This document shows positions 28,729 through 38,315 of a DNA stretch of 64,000 nt, in pieces (within the stretch, counting starts at the first letter, position 1; each line of letters begins with the position of its first letter). The stretch comes from an uncultured Novosphingobium sp. (GTDB taxonomy: Bacteria; Pseudomonadota; Alphaproteobacteria; Sphingomonadales; Sphingomonadaceae), in the NCBI GenBank assembly GCA_964628635.1, contig CAZVMC010000002.1, positions 247-64,246 on the forward strand. Reading direction: 5' to 3'. The position numbers and the translations under genes were made by a program. The notes below the pieces were generated by a model. The model made no database searches and had not been told where the DNA came from. It saw only the letters and a program-made list of their open reading frames with translations.

Positions 28729-29370
28729 TTACCAGCGTACCAACCGGGGCACGATCAGCCGCCCGGCCAGTGCGCACAGGCCGACGGCGGCGGTGTACCA
28801 GATGCCGATGTATTGCACGGTCAGGCTGGGGCAGTGGAGGCTGTAGGCGAAAGTGCCAAAGGCCCCAGCGGCCAGCCCGACCAGCCAGCCGGTGCGGTTC
28901 AGCGCCACCGGCGCGCCGCGGCGCAGCCACAGCGTCAGCGCGCCGCCGATCGCCAGGCCGCTAAGCCCGCCGATCGCCAGGCACCAGGGGCCGTTGGGCG
29001 AAGTCAGCTCCGCCATCGGCATCGCGCCTTCGTTCAGCGTCAGCAGCAAGGCGGCAAGCGGGAACAGCAGCGCCGCGCCCAGCGCCCAGCGCCAGCCGGT
29101 GCTCGCCTGGCCCACTCCGGGCCGTGCCGCCGCCGCCACCGCGCTCAGGCAAGCGCTGCCCAGCAAGAGCAGCATCCCCCCGCGCAGCACCACCAGTCCG
29201 GCCGGATGTCCCTCCGCGATGTCGGTACGCATACCGAACTGCCAGGCCACCACGGCCACGGCTGCGGCGGTTAGCCCCAGCACCAGGGCCCAGGCATGGC
29301 GCGGCGCGACCGGCGCGACGGGGGTGAGGTCGGCGACAAGATCGTCGATCGAGGACTTGGGCATCTTCAT
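28729..29370 (-). CDS. nrsF: NrsF/DUF1109 family anti-sigma membrane protein
   Basis: IDDLVADLTPV N-terminus, six TM, LRRGAP, YSLHCP, WY; follows the ECF sigma gene. Confidence 0.88.
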   Translation of the reverse strand: MKMPKSSIDDLVADLTPVAPVAPRHAWALVLGLTAAAVAVVAWQFGMRTDIAEGHPAGLVVLRGGMLLLLGSACLSAVAAAARPGVGQASTGWRWALGAALLFPLAALLLTLNEGAMPMAELTSPNGPWCLAIGGLSGLAIGGALTLWLRRGAPVALNRTGWLVGLAAGAFGTFAYSLHCPSLTVQYIGIWYTAAVGLCALAGRLIVPRLVRW

Positions 29371-29891
29371 TCGCTTTCTACCAGCGCGGCAAGGCGTTTG
29401 AGGCCGCGGTGGATATTGACTTTGACGAGGGGTTCGGACTGGCCGCAGCGCTGCGCGGCCTCGACAATCGAAAGCCCCTCGATCTTGACCGCACGGATCG
29501 CGGCGACCTGGGCGGGGGGCAGGAACTGTAGCAGCCGGTCAAGGCTGATCCGCGCGGCCAGCTCTTCGGCATCGGCCTCGGTCGCGGGTTCACTCACGAT
29601 CGGCTCTTCGGCGGCGCGGTAGGTGCGGCGCAGCGCGTCGATCCAGCGATAACGCGCGATCGCCGCCAGCCAGGGCAGATAGGGGCGTTCCGGATCGTAG
29701 CTGGCGCGCTTGGTGTGGAGCGAGACCAGCACTTCCTGCACCAGATCGTCGACCGCCGCCGGGGCGATCCGCCGTGCGTAGAAGCGCTTCAGCCAGTCGC
29801 GGCTCGCCTCCAGCACCAGCCGGTAGGCTTGGCTGTCGCCCTGCTGGGCCTGCGCCATCCAGCGCGCCAGTGTGGCATCGTCAGCCCTCAT
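29367..29891 (-). CDS. sigF: ECF sigma factor (Caulobacter SigF-like)
   Basis: DDLVQEVLVSLHTKRASYDPERPYLPWLAAIARYRWID, VKVNIHRGLK; paired with NrsF. Confidence 0.88.
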   Translation of the reverse strand: MRADDATLARWMAQAQQGDSQAYRLVLEASRDWLKRFYARRIAPAAVDDLVQEVLVSLHTKRASYDPERPYLPWLAAIARYRWIDALRRTYRAAEEPIVSEPATEADAEELAARISLDRLLQFLPPAQVAAIRAVKIEGLSIVEAAQRCGQSEPLVKVNIHRGLKRLAALVESE

Positions 29892-30346
29892 TTTGCGCGG
29901 GTTCGGGCCAGCCAATGGTCGAGCCCGAACAGCCCGCTACCGCGCACGATCAGCAGGCCCGCCAGCGCGGTCCAGACGATGTGCGTGGTCCACCAGGCCT
30001 CGGGAAACACGAAGATCTGGATCACCAGCGTCATCCCCAGAAGCGCGGCGGCCGAAGCCCGGGTGAATAGCCCGGCCACCAGCAGCAGCGGGAAGAGGTG
30101 CTCCGCGCCGGTTGCGAGCGTAGCGGCGAGATCGGGCGGCAGCGGCACGCCCGCATAATCATTTTCGAACAGGTAGTGGGTCGAATCGCTGATTGTCAGC
30201 CAGGTGCCTTCGACCACTTTGGACCGGCCCGAGCGCCAGAATATGCCGGCAAGCGCCAGGCGGACAACCAGCAGCACGATGCTTTCCGGGATCCGCCCCG
30301 ATAGCATGGCCACCAACCGGTCATAACCGGAGAGAATGCGCTGCAT
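29888..30346 (-). CDS. DoxX family membrane protein (BufD-like)
   Basis: IFWRSG, AEHLFPLLLVAGLFTR, MTLVIQIFVFP. Confidence 0.88.
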   Translation of the reverse strand: MQRILSGYDRLVAMLSGRIPESIVLLVVRLALAGIFWRSGRSKVVEGTWLTISDSTHYLFENDYAGVPLPPDLAATLATGAEHLFPLLLVAGLFTRASAAALLGMTLVIQIFVFPEAWWTTHIVWTALAGLLIVRGSGLFGLDHWLARTRAK

Positions 30347-30378
30347 GGTTGCCTCCTGTCGGCTTGCTTGGGAAGCGC

Positions 30379-30669
30379 TCAGCGGTTGATCGGGGTGAGC
30401 GAGCCATTGCCTTTGGGAGTCTTGGTGGCAAGGCAGGTGCCCTTCTTGACCAGCTTCCAGGCGTTGCCCTGATAGTCACGGGTCGAGGTGCCGGCGCAGC
30501 TGGTGCCGGGGCCTGCGGCGCAATCGTTCTGCCCGGCTTTGGCGATGCCATAGCACTTTTCCATCGCCGGCTTGGCTTGTGCCGAGGCCGGGGTGGCGGC
30601 GGTAGTGATGGCGAAGATCGTGCCGGTTGCGGCGAGGCCGGCCAGCGCGGCGAGGGGAGCCTTGGTCAT
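30379..30669 (-). CDS. bufA1: DUF2282 / BufA1-type bufferin precursor (4 Cys)
   Basis: Signal peptide then [24 protein letters not shown]...WKLVKKGTC. Confidence 0.9.
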   Translation of the reverse strand: MTKAPLAALAGLAATGTIFAITTAATPASAQAKPAMEKCYGIAKAGQNDCAAGPGTSCAGTSTRDYQGNAWKLVKKGTCLATKTPKGNGSLTPINR

Positions 30670-30748
30670 GATACGGTTTCCTTTAGGGCGGTTACAGGGG
30701 TGAAGCTATCGGGTGCGAACCCGCTTTGCAGCGGAGCACTGCCCCCTA

Positions 30749-30774
30749 TTCGCGGCCCCATCGACCGTGGTTAC
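30749..30774 (-). promoter_or_regulatory. SigF-type ECF promoter driving bufA1-doxX-sigF-nrsF
   Basis: Minus strand GTAACC-acggtcgatggggccg(16)-CGAA. Confidence 0.8.
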
Positions 30775-30808
30775 AGGTCAGCGTCGGAAAATTTCCTGGG
30801 GCCTCCGT

Positions 30809-30834
30809 GTAACCGCTGGCGGCACAAACGCGAA
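30809..30834 (+). promoter_or_regulatory. SigF-type ECF promoter driving bufA2-bufB-bufC
   Basis: GTAACC-gctggcggcacaaacg(16)-CGAA. Confidence 0.8.
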
Positions 30835-30893
30835 CTGCAGCATGTCCATCCCGGACGCCGTTCAAACCGACCCTGCCAAAGAGGATGACTATC

Positions 30894-31178
30894 ATGACCA
30901 CCACCCGCAAAATCACCCACGCTGCGCTCGCCGGTGCCTTCGCGCTGAGCTCAGCTGCCGCCTTCGCTGCCCCTGCTCCGGCCGGAAGCAGCGGCGGCGC
31001 GATCGGCTCGAACGACACTGTCCATTGCTATGGCGTGCATAGCTGCAAGGGCAATTCGGACTGCGCCACCACCGAAAACAGCTGCCGCGGCCAGAACGAG
31101 TGCAAGGGCCACGGCTTCAAGGCGATGAAGGCCGGCGAATGTCTGGCCAAGGGCGGCGTGATCGGCGACCTCAAGTAA
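30894..31178 (+). CDS. bufA2: BufA2-type bufferin precursor (6 Cys)
   Basis: Signal peptide then HCYGVHSCKGNSDCATTENSCRGQNECKGHGF...ECLAKGG; GAGGA RBS. Confidence 0.85.
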   Translation: MTTTRKITHAALAGAFALSSAAAFAAPAPAGSSGGAIGSNDTVHCYGVHSCKGNSDCATTENSCRGQNECKGHGFKAMKAGECLAKGGVIGDLK

Positions 31179-31265
31179 GCCTTTCGCAGCTGCGCGGTCC
31201 GGGCGGGTGCACGCCCCCCCTCCCGCCTGTCCGGGCCGCGCAAACATTGCTAGCCGAACCATCAG

Positions 31266-32114
31266 ATGCCTGACCCGATCACCCCCTTTGCCGGCTTCGG
31301 ACTGGGTTTGCGCAGCCAGCACTATGCCGATTTTCTCAACGTCGAAACCCGCGTGCCGGTCGATTTCGTCGAGGTGATCTCCGAAAATTTCATGCTCGAA
31401 GGCGGTCGTCCACTGCGCATCCTGGAGCAGGTCCGGCGCGACTATCCGGTGATCCTGCACGGGGTCTCGCTGTCGGTCGGCTCGGCCCACGGGCTTGATG
31501 CCGAGCATCTGGACCGGCTGGCCAAGCTGGCCGAGCGGATCGAACCGCTGTGGGTTTCGGATCACCTGTGTTGGACCCGCTCAAGCGCGCACAACAGCCA
31601 CGATCTGCTGCCGCTGCCGCTCACCGGCGCGGCGCTCGACGTGGTCTGCGCCAATGTGGGCCGGGTGCAGGATCGGCTCGGCCGGGCCTTTGTGCTGGAA
31701 AACCCGTCCAGCTACCTCACCTTTCCCGAGGACGAGTTGACCGAGTGGGAATTTCTGAGCGAAATCGCGCGCCGGACCGGCTGCTATCTGCTGCTCGACA
31801 TCAACAATATCTATGTCTCTGCGCACAACCACGGTTTTGCGGCGGCGGATTATCTGGCTGGAATCCCAGCTGAGCGGGTCCGCCAGATCCACCTTGCCGG
31901 GCATACCCCGGGAGAGATTTTGATCGATACGCACGACCGCGCCGTGGCCGAACCCGTGTGGCAGCTTTACGCTCAGGCCATCGCCACGCTCGGCCCGGTT
32001 GCTACGATGATCGAACGTGATGGCAATGTGCCGCCGCTGGGCGAACTGCTCGACGAACTCGGCCGTGCGCGGACGCTGGCCGAGGCGCAAGCCAAGCGCG
32101 TGGCGGTCGCATGA
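31266..32114 (+). CDS. bufB: DUF692 multinuclear non-heme iron oxidative enzyme (MNIO)
   Basis: GLGLR, EVISENF, HGVSLSVG, SDHLCW, LENPS, LLLDINN, HLAGH, DTH, IERD. Confidence 0.95.
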   Translation: MPDPITPFAGFGLGLRSQHYADFLNVETRVPVDFVEVISENFMLEGGRPLRILEQVRRDYPVILHGVSLSVGSAHGLDAEHLDRLAKLAERIEPLWVSDHLCWTRSSAHNSHDLLPLPLTGAALDVVCANVGRVQDRLGRAFVLENPSSYLTFPEDELTEWEFLSEIARRTGCYLLLDINNIYVSAHNHGFAAADYLAGIPAERVRQIHLAGHTPGEILIDTHDRAVAEPVWQLYAQAIATLGPVATMIERDGNVPPLGELLDELGRARTLAEAQAKRVAVA

Positions 32115-32899
32115 TCACACTGGCCGCCACGCAGACCGCGTTCATCGCGCAGCTGCTCGACGACGAGCTGCCGTTACCCCCCGGCTGGTCCGAGCGGATG
32201 CGCGTTGGGCTGGAAATCTACCGCAACAATTACCGCACCGCACTGATTGAGGCGTTGCGCGACACCTATGCCCGCACTGCGCGCTGGGTGGGCGAAGCTG
32301 CTTTTGCGCAAGCCGCAGCGCACCATCTGGTGCTCAATCCACCCACCAGCTGGACCAACGACCGCGCCGGAGCAGGGTTTGACCAGACCGTCACACAACT
32401 CTTCGCCAAGGATCCGGAAGTCGGCGAGCTGGCCTGGGCCGAATGGGCCATGCTCGAAGCCTTCGGTGCGCGTGATGCGGATCCTTTGACCGCACCGGCT
32501 TTCGCGGCCCAGACGGCCGGCTACGCCGAGGCCGAGTGGGTAGGTCTGCGGCTGCAGCTGATGCCAGGCGTCGCGACGCGCACGATCGCGCATGATCTGG
32601 GCGCGATCTGGCACCTGCTCGAAGCGGCCGGCGATGCGGAAGACTTTGTACCCAGCGCAGCGCCGCTCGTCGCGCCGCTGGCCTGCCATGTCTACCGCGA
32701 GGGAGAGAGGCCACTGTTCATCACCGCCCCCGCGCACGAATGCCCCGCACTGCACGCGATGCAGAATGGCGCAAACTTCGGCGAAGTTTGCGAGCAGCTC
32801 GCCGCAGTGCTTGGCCCGGAAGCCGCCGCGCCTGAGGCGGGGACCATGCTGGGCCGTTGGCTGCATCTGGGGCTGATCGAGCGGATTGCGGACCGCTAA
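32111..32899 (+). CDS. bufC: DUF2063 MNIO partner protein
   Basis: [11 protein letters not shown]....[14 protein letters not shown]; coupled to DUF692. Confidence 0.88.
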   Translation: MITLAATQTAFIAQLLDDELPLPPGWSERMRVGLEIYRNNYRTALIEALRDTYARTARWVGEAAFAQAAAHHLVLNPPTSWTNDRAGAGFDQTVTQLFAKDPEVGELAWAEWAMLEAFGARDADPLTAPAFAAQTAGYAEAEWVGLRLQLMPGVATRTIAHDLGAIWHLLEAAGDAEDFVPSAAPLVAPLACHVYREGERPLFITAPAHECPALHAMQNGANFGEVCEQLAAVLGPEAAAPEAGTMLGRWLHLGLIERIADR

Positions 32900-33441
32900 C
32901 CCACCTGCCGCCATTCCCCCGGCGCAAGCCCATCGAGCGACCACTCCCCAATCCGCCAACGCACCAGCCGCAAGGTTGGATGGCCGACCACCGCCGTCAT
33001 CCGCCGGACCTGCCGGTTACGGCCTTCGCGGATGGTCAGTTCGATCCAGCAATCGGGAACGCTCTTGCGAAACCGCACCGGCGGATCGCGCGGCCAAAGC
33101 CGCGGCGGATCGATCTGCCGCGCCTCGGCGGGCCGGGTCTGGCCATCGTTCAGTTCCACCCCGCGCCGCAGCCGTTCCAGCGCCGCAGTGCCAATCTCTC
33201 CCTCAACCTGCACCAGATAGGTCTTGGCCAACTTGTGCCGGGGATCGGCGATCCGCGCCTGCAACCGCCCATCATCGGTCAATAGCAGCAAACCTTCGCT
33301 ATCCCGGTCGAGCCTCCCCGCCGGATAAACGCCGGGCAAATCGATATAGTCCGAAAGCGTCGTGCGCCTTGCTCCACCGCTGTTGTCTGTGAACTGCGAC
33401 AGCACGTTCATCGGCTTGTTGAAGGCGATAAGACGGCTCAC
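32896..33441 (-). CDS. rluE: rRNA pseudouridine synthase (RluE-like)
   Basis: [31 protein letters not shown]. Confidence 0.88.
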   Translation of the reverse strand: MSRLIAFNKPMNVLSQFTDNSGGARRTTLSDYIDLPGVYPAGRLDRDSEGLLLLTDDGRLQARIADPRHKLAKTYLVQVEGEIGTAALERLRRGVELNDGQTRPAEARQIDPPRLWPRDPPVRFRKSVPDCWIELTIREGRNRQVRRMTAVVGHPTLRLVRWRIGEWSLDGLAPGEWRQVG

Positions 33442-34328
33442 CCCGCGTTGAGCAAGCGCGTGGCGATGGCGCTCACGTCGTCTTTCAGATCTTCGCGCTG
33501 CAAGGCCAGCGCCAGCGTCGCTTCGACGAAGCCGGCCTTGCTGCCGCAGTCATAGCGCTGACCCGCAAAAGTCACCGCGTGGAACGGCTGCTGGCCGATC
33601 ATCTGTGCCATCGCGTCGGTCAACTGAATCTCGCCGCCTGCGCCCTTTTCCTGCCGATCGAGCACGCGCATCACTTCGGGCTGGAGGATGTAGCGGCCCG
33701 AGACAATCAGGTTGCTGGGAGCGTCTTCCTGGCGGGGTTTTTCGACCAGCCCGACGACTTCGGTGATTGCGCCGCGCGCCTTGCCGGGGGCGATCACGCC
33801 GTAGCTGGAGACTTCTTCGCGCGGGACCTCGAGCACCGAAATCAGGTTTCCGCCGTGTTCGTCGTAGGCCTCGACCATCTGCTTCATGCAGCCCCCCGAT
33901 CCATCGCTCCGGCCAATCATCAGCTCATCGGGCAGCAGGATCGCGAAGGGTTCATCGCCGACAATCGCCCGCGCGCACCAGATCGCGTGACCCAGGCCCA
34001 GCGGCACCTGCTGGCGCACGGTCACCAGATTGCCCGGGCTGAGCCGGGTGGGGGCGAGCACCGCCATGTCCTTCGCCCGGTCCTTTAGCGTGGTTTCCAG
34101 CTCAAAGGCCATGTCGAAGTGATCGATCAGCGCGGTCTTGCCGCGGCCGGTCACGAAGATCATCTGCTCGATCCCCGCCTCACGCGCCTCATCCACCGCG
34201 TACTGGATCAGCGGGCGATCGATGATCGGCAGCATTTCCTTGGGGATCGCCTTGGTCGCAGGCAGGAAACGGGTGCCAAGCCCGGCGACCGGGAAGACGG
34301 CTTTGCGGATCGGTTTTCTGGCGGCCAT
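33438..34328 (-). CDS. galU: UTP--glucose-1-phosphate uridylyltransferase
   Basis: [38 protein letters not shown]; start ATG 34328. Confidence 0.96.
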   Translation of the reverse strand: MAARKPIRKAVFPVAGLGTRFLPATKAIPKEMLPIIDRPLIQYAVDEAREAGIEQMIFVTGRGKTALIDHFDMAFELETTLKDRAKDMAVLAPTRLSPGNLVTVRQQVPLGLGHAIWCARAIVGDEPFAILLPDELMIGRSDGSGGCMKQMVEAYDEHGGNLISVLEVPREEVSSYGVIAPGKARGAITEVVGLVEKPRQEDAPSNLIVSGRYILQPEVMRVLDRQEKGAGGEIQLTDAMAQMIGQQPFHAVTFAGQRYDCGSKAGFVEATLALALQREDLKDDVSAIATRLLNAG

Positions 34329-34372
34329 GCGCGTGGAATCGCAGGGGTTTGTTACAACGTCAACTGTTGCGG

Positions 34373-34573
34373 AAGTTCGCGCGAAGACGCGACGAGAACG
34401 AAGAACGCCATGGTGCTGTGCATGGCCGTAGACCGCTTGATCCTGGATCGCCGAGGTTGTTGCGGCCCCGGGGACAGAATGCGGCTTTGCCGCACGCTCC
34501 ACCGCTTTGCGATCCTCCGTCTCTTTGCGTCTTCGCGCGAACTTTCCTCTACGCTGCGTCTCGGCGTGAACCC
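34373..34573 (+). repeat. Palindromic element, family B (copy B2, 34373-34544) plus an orphan right arm (34547-34573)
   Basis: Arms aagttcgcgcgaagacgc / gcgtcttcgcgcgaactt; internal gcggctttgccgc; extra arm ctctacgctgcgtctcggcgtgaaccc. Confidence 0.85.
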
Positions 34574-34614
34574 AGTTCTTGCCGCGCAATCGATTCCCGC
34601 TAAACGCTTCACCT

Positions 34615-35898
34615 ATGGACAAGATCATCATTCAAGGCGGCAAACGCCTTTCCGGCACCATTCCCATTTCCGGCGCGAAGAACGCGGCGCTCACGCTGCT
34701 GCCCTGCGCGCTTCTCACCGAAGAGCCGCTGACACTGCGCAACCTGCCGCGCCTCGCCGATATCGACGGGTTCCAGCACCTGATGAACCAGTTCGGCGTC
34801 ACCACCGTGATCCAGGGCACGCGGCCCGAGGATTTTGGCCGGGTGATGAGCCTTGAGGCGACCCGCATCACCTCCACCGTCGCGCCCTATGACCTCGTGC
34901 GGAAGATGCGCGCGAGCATTCTGGTGCTCGGCCCGATGCTGGCCCGCGCGGGCGAGGCGACCGTCTCGATGCCCGGCGGCTGCGCGATCGGCAACCGCCC
35001 GATCGACCTGCACCTGAAGGCGCTTGAGGCGATGGGTGCGACGATCGAGCTGGCCGCCGGCTATGTCCGCGCGGTGGCGCCCGATGGCGGCCTGCCCGGC
35101 GGGCGCTATGCCTTCCCGGTGGTCTCGGTCGGCGCGACCGAGAACGCGCTGATGGCCGCCGTGCTCTGCACCGGCAAGACCGTGCTGCACAACGCCGCGC
35201 GCGAGCCGGAAATCGTCGACCTGTGCAAGCTGCTGGTGGCGATGGGCGCCCAGATCGAAGGGATCGGCACCAGCGACCTGACGATCCACGGCGTGCCCCG
35301 CCTGCACGGCGCGACCTACCGCGTGATGAGCGACCGGATCGAGGCCGGCTCCTATGCCTGCGCCGCGGCGATCACCGGGGGCGAGGTGTTCCTGCAGCAC
35401 GCCGTGGCCGAGGAAATGGACGCCACCCTGCAGGCGCTGCGCGATGCCGGGGTCCATGTCGAGCCGCGCGCCGGCGGGATCCATGTCGCCGCCCAGGGCA
35501 AGATGAAGGCCGTCACCCTCGCCACCGCGCCCTACCCCGGCTTTGCCACCGACATGCAGGCCCAGCTGATGGCGATGCTGTGCCTCGCCGAAGGCAGCTC
35601 GGTGCTGACCGAGACGATCTTCGAAAACCGCTACATGCACGTCCCCGAGCTCAACCGGATGGGCGCGCACATCGAAACCAAGGGCCGCACCGCCGTGGTC
35701 CACGGGGTCGAGAAGCTGACCGGCGCCGAAGTGATGGCCACCGACCTGCGCGCCTCGATGAGCCTGGTGATCGCCGGGCTGGCGGCGGAGGGCGAGACGC
35801 AGGTGCACCGGCTCTACCACCTCGATCGCGGCTACGAGCGGCTGGAGGAGAAGCTGGCCTTGGTGGGCGCGCAGATCGAGCGGGTTGGGGGGGATTGA
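34615..35898 (+). CDS. murA: UDP-N-acetylglucosamine 1-carboxyvinyltransferase
   Basis: [46 protein letters not shown]. Confidence 0.98.
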   Translation: MDKIIIQGGKRLSGTIPISGAKNAALTLLPCALLTEEPLTLRNLPRLADIDGFQHLMNQFGVTTVIQGTRPEDFGRVMSLEATRITSTVAPYDLVRKMRASILVLGPMLARAGEATVSMPGGCAIGNRPIDLHLKALEAMGATIELAAGYVRAVAPDGGLPGGRYAFPVVSVGATENALMAAVLCTGKTVLHNAAREPEIVDLCKLLVAMGAQIEGIGTSDLTIHGVPRLHGATYRVMSDRIEAGSYACAAAITGGEVFLQHAVAEEMDATLQALRDAGVHVEPRAGGIHVAAQGKMKAVTLATAPYPGFATDMQAQLMAMLCLAEGSSVLTETIFENRYMHVPELNRMGAHIETKGRTAVVHGVEKLTGAEVMATDLRASMSLVIAGLAAEGETQVHRLYHLDRGYERLEEKLALVGAQIERVGGD

Positions 35899-36434
35899 TG
35901 CGTATTCGCGTCGGGAGCTTGGTTTCCGCCCTAGTGCTGACACTTCTGCCAACCACCTTGCGCGCCCACGAAATCACCGAGAGCGAGCTCATCGCTCGCA
36001 CCACCCTCGCCCCCGCCGAGCTCGAGCGGCGCGAGGCGGCGGTGGCGGCGTTGACCCCGGCGCAGCAGGGTGAGGCGATGGTCGCGGCGGTCAGGGACCG
36101 GACGATCGTCTATTACCAGCCCGGCCACGGGGTTTACGTCGAATATACCTCGGCCGAGGGCCGGGTCTTCATGTGGTATCCGCGCAACCGGCGGGTGGTT
36201 TACGGCACCTGGGGGCTGCGCGATTTCGGCGGGCCGAAGCTCTGTTACAAGTATCTGGACTCGGTCAACGGCGTCACGGGGGAGTATGAGCAGGACGAGT
36301 GCATCCCACCACGCCAGAAGCTGGTCGCCGCCGAAATGCTCGATTCGCGCCCCGGCGATCCGTTCGGGCTGGCTTCGGGGAAATTGCCTTATCCCAAGGC
36401 CAAGTTCGACCTGCCCGATTGGCCCGCGCCATAG
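35898..36434 (+). CDS. Hypothetical secreted protein (178 aa)
   Basis: ATG overlaps the murA stop; signal peptide [23 protein letters not shown]; aromatic-rich beta domain with two Cys. Confidence 0.75.
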   Translation: MRIRVGSLVSALVLTLLPTTLRAHEITESELIARTTLAPAELERREAAVAALTPAQQGEAMVAAVRDRTIVYYQPGHGVYVEYTSAEGRVFMWYPRNRRVVYGTWGLRDFGGPKLCYKYLDSVNGVTGEYEQDECIPPRQKLVAAEMLDSRPGDPFGLASGKLPYPKAKFDLPDWPAP

Positions 36435-36608
36435 ATCTGCTTGGGCCCAGGCAAGCAACGGCTTGCGCGCACCCGGCTTGACGGGTTGAGCCCTCCACGG
36501 CACCTTCAATGCACCGGGGCAAAGCAACCTCCCGGTGAAGCGGCCTGACCGCCCAAGCGTTGCCTTTCAGGCTCGCGTCAGCGCGGGCGCTAAGGCATTG
36601 GGCGTAAC

Positions 36609-37913
36609 ATGACTGCACCGGCACCCACCTTTCCCGAACTCTTCCGCGTTTTCACCCGCATCGGGCTGCTTTCGTTCGGCGGGCCCGCCGGGCAAATCGC
36701 GTTGATGCACCGCGAGCTGGTCGAGGAGCGGGGCTGGGTCAGCGAGGAGCAATACCTCCACGCGCTCAACTTCTGCCACCTGCTGCCGGGGCCCGAGGCG
36801 CAGCAGCTGGCGACCTGGGTCGGGTGGAAGCTCCACGGGGTGCGCGGCGGGCTGGCGGCGGGGCTGCTGTTTGTCATCCCGGGGGCGTTGGTGATTCTGG
36901 CCTTGTCGATGCTTTATGCGCTGGCCGCCAACCTGACGTGGTTCGCAGCGCTGTTCCTCGGGATCAAGGCGGCAGTGCTGGCGATCGTGGTGCAGGCGCT
37001 GCTGCGGATTGCGGGGCGTTCGCTGGACACAAGGTTCAAGCAGGGTCTGGCGGTCGCGGCTTTTGTGGCGCTGTTCTTCCTCGATCTGCCCTTTCCACTG
37101 GTGGTGCTGGGAAGCGGCGCGCTGGGGATGATTGTGGCTGCAATCCGGCCCGATTTGCTCGCGCTCAAGCCCAGCATCGCCGCGCCGATCACCGCACCGC
37201 GTCCATGGGGACAGAGCCTACGCGCGATTCCCGTCTGGGGCGCGATCTGGGCCGCGCCGCTGGGCATCGTGCTCGCCGCGCTCGGCCCGGATCATGTGCT
37301 GTGGGACATCGGCAAGTTCTTCAGCCAGCTCGCGGTGGTGACCTTCGGCGGGGCCTATGCGGTGCTGGCCTATATGGCGCAGGAGGCGGTCAATGGCTTC
37401 GGCTGGCTGACTGCGGGCGAAATGGCCGACGGGCTGGGGCTGGCCGAGACCACGCCGGGGCCGCTGATCCTCGTCACCCAGTTCACCGGCTTCCTCGCCG
37501 CCTTCCGCGCGCCCGAGCCGTTCTCGCCGCTGGTCGCGGGGCTGCTTGGCGCGGGGCTGACCACCTGGGTGACCTTCGCACCGTGCTTTCTGTGGATCTT
37601 CACTTTCGCGCCGTGGATCGAGCGGCTGGAACACGCGGTGAAGCTCAAAGGCGGGCTCGCCGCGCTGACGGCGGCGGTGGTCGGCGTGATCGCCAACCTC
37701 ACCGCCTGGTTCCTGCTCCACGTGCTGTTCGCGCGGGTCGGTGAGGCGCGGTTCGGGGCGATCCGCCTCCACCTTCCCGACTGGACCAGCTTTGACTGGC
37801 GCGCCGGGCTGCTCGCCGCTCTCGCTGCCGCATTGATCTTCGGCCTCAAGTGGAACGTGATCCGCGTGCTCGCTGTGGCCGCGCTAGGCGGACTGCTGTT
37901 GGCCCAGCTCTGA
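36609..37913 (+). CDS. chrA: Chromate efflux transporter (long-chain CHR)
   Basis: SFGGPAGQIA, LLPGPEAQQ, TFGGAYAVL, ETTPGP. Confidence 0.93.
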   Translation: MTAPAPTFPELFRVFTRIGLLSFGGPAGQIALMHRELVEERGWVSEEQYLHALNFCHLLPGPEAQQLATWVGWKLHGVRGGLAAGLLFVIPGALVILALSMLYALAANLTWFAALFLGIKAAVLAIVVQALLRIAGRSLDTRFKQGLAVAAFVALFFLDLPFPLVVLGSGALGMIVAAIRPDLLALKPSIAAPITAPRPWGQSLRAIPVWGAIWAAPLGIVLAALGPDHVLWDIGKFFSQLAVVTFGGAYAVLAYMAQEAVNGFGWLTAGEMADGLGLAETTPGPLILVTQFTGFLAAFRAPEPFSPLVAGLLGAGLTTWVTFAPCFLWIFTFAPWIERLEHAVKLKGGLAALTAAVVGVIANLTAWFLLHVLFARVGEARFGAIRLHLPDWTSFDWRAGLLAALAAALIFGLKWNVIRVLAVAALGGLLLAQL

Positions 37914-38141
37914 GACCAGCCACCCCACCAGCCAGACCCGCACCGCTCCCGCCAGCCCCGGCGGCACCGCGGCCCGGATCCGCTCGGCATCGATCCGTGC
38001 GACCAGGGCGTTGATCGGCAGCCCCTCGGCGCTCGCGGCCTGCTTGAGCAGTTCCCAGAACAGCGGTTCAAGGCTGATCGAAGTCTTGTGCCCGGCGATT
38101 TCGATCGAGCGCTTGAGCGGGGGGTGGAACGGGGTGGTCAT
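37884..38141 (-). CDS. Ribbon-helix-helix domain protein
   Basis: KRSIEIAGHKTSISLEPLFW...LVARID...LAGAVRVW. Confidence 0.88.
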   Translation of the reverse strand: MTTPFHPPLKRSIEIAGHKTSISLEPLFWELLKQAASAEGLPINALVARIDAERIRAAVPPGLAGAVRVWLVGWLVSELGQQQSA

Positions 38142-38163
38142 GCGGTGGAGAGGTTAACCCGCA

Positions 38164-38291
38164 ATGCGGCTGCGGCAAAGCCGCATCCGTGACGTCAGAC
38201 GGGATCGTCGGACTTGCGGTCCGCCGCCCCGCTGGCCGAGCCGGGTCGTGGCTGCGCCACCGGCGTCTAACTTATCGTTCGCCATGCGAAC
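38164..38291. repeat. Hairpin-dense intergenic element
   Basis: atgcggct..agccgcat, ccgt..acgg, cggac-ttgcg-gtccg, gtggc-tgc-gccac, cgttcgc-cat-gcgaacg. Confidence 0.5.
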
Positions 38292-38315
38292 GCCCGCGTT
38301 ATCCGCCTCGACCCG

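Noticed and set aside
30669-30695. Third SigF promoter (minus-strand GTAACC ending at 30690)
   Set aside because: No CGAA at 16 nt spacing, and it is too close to the bufA1 start.
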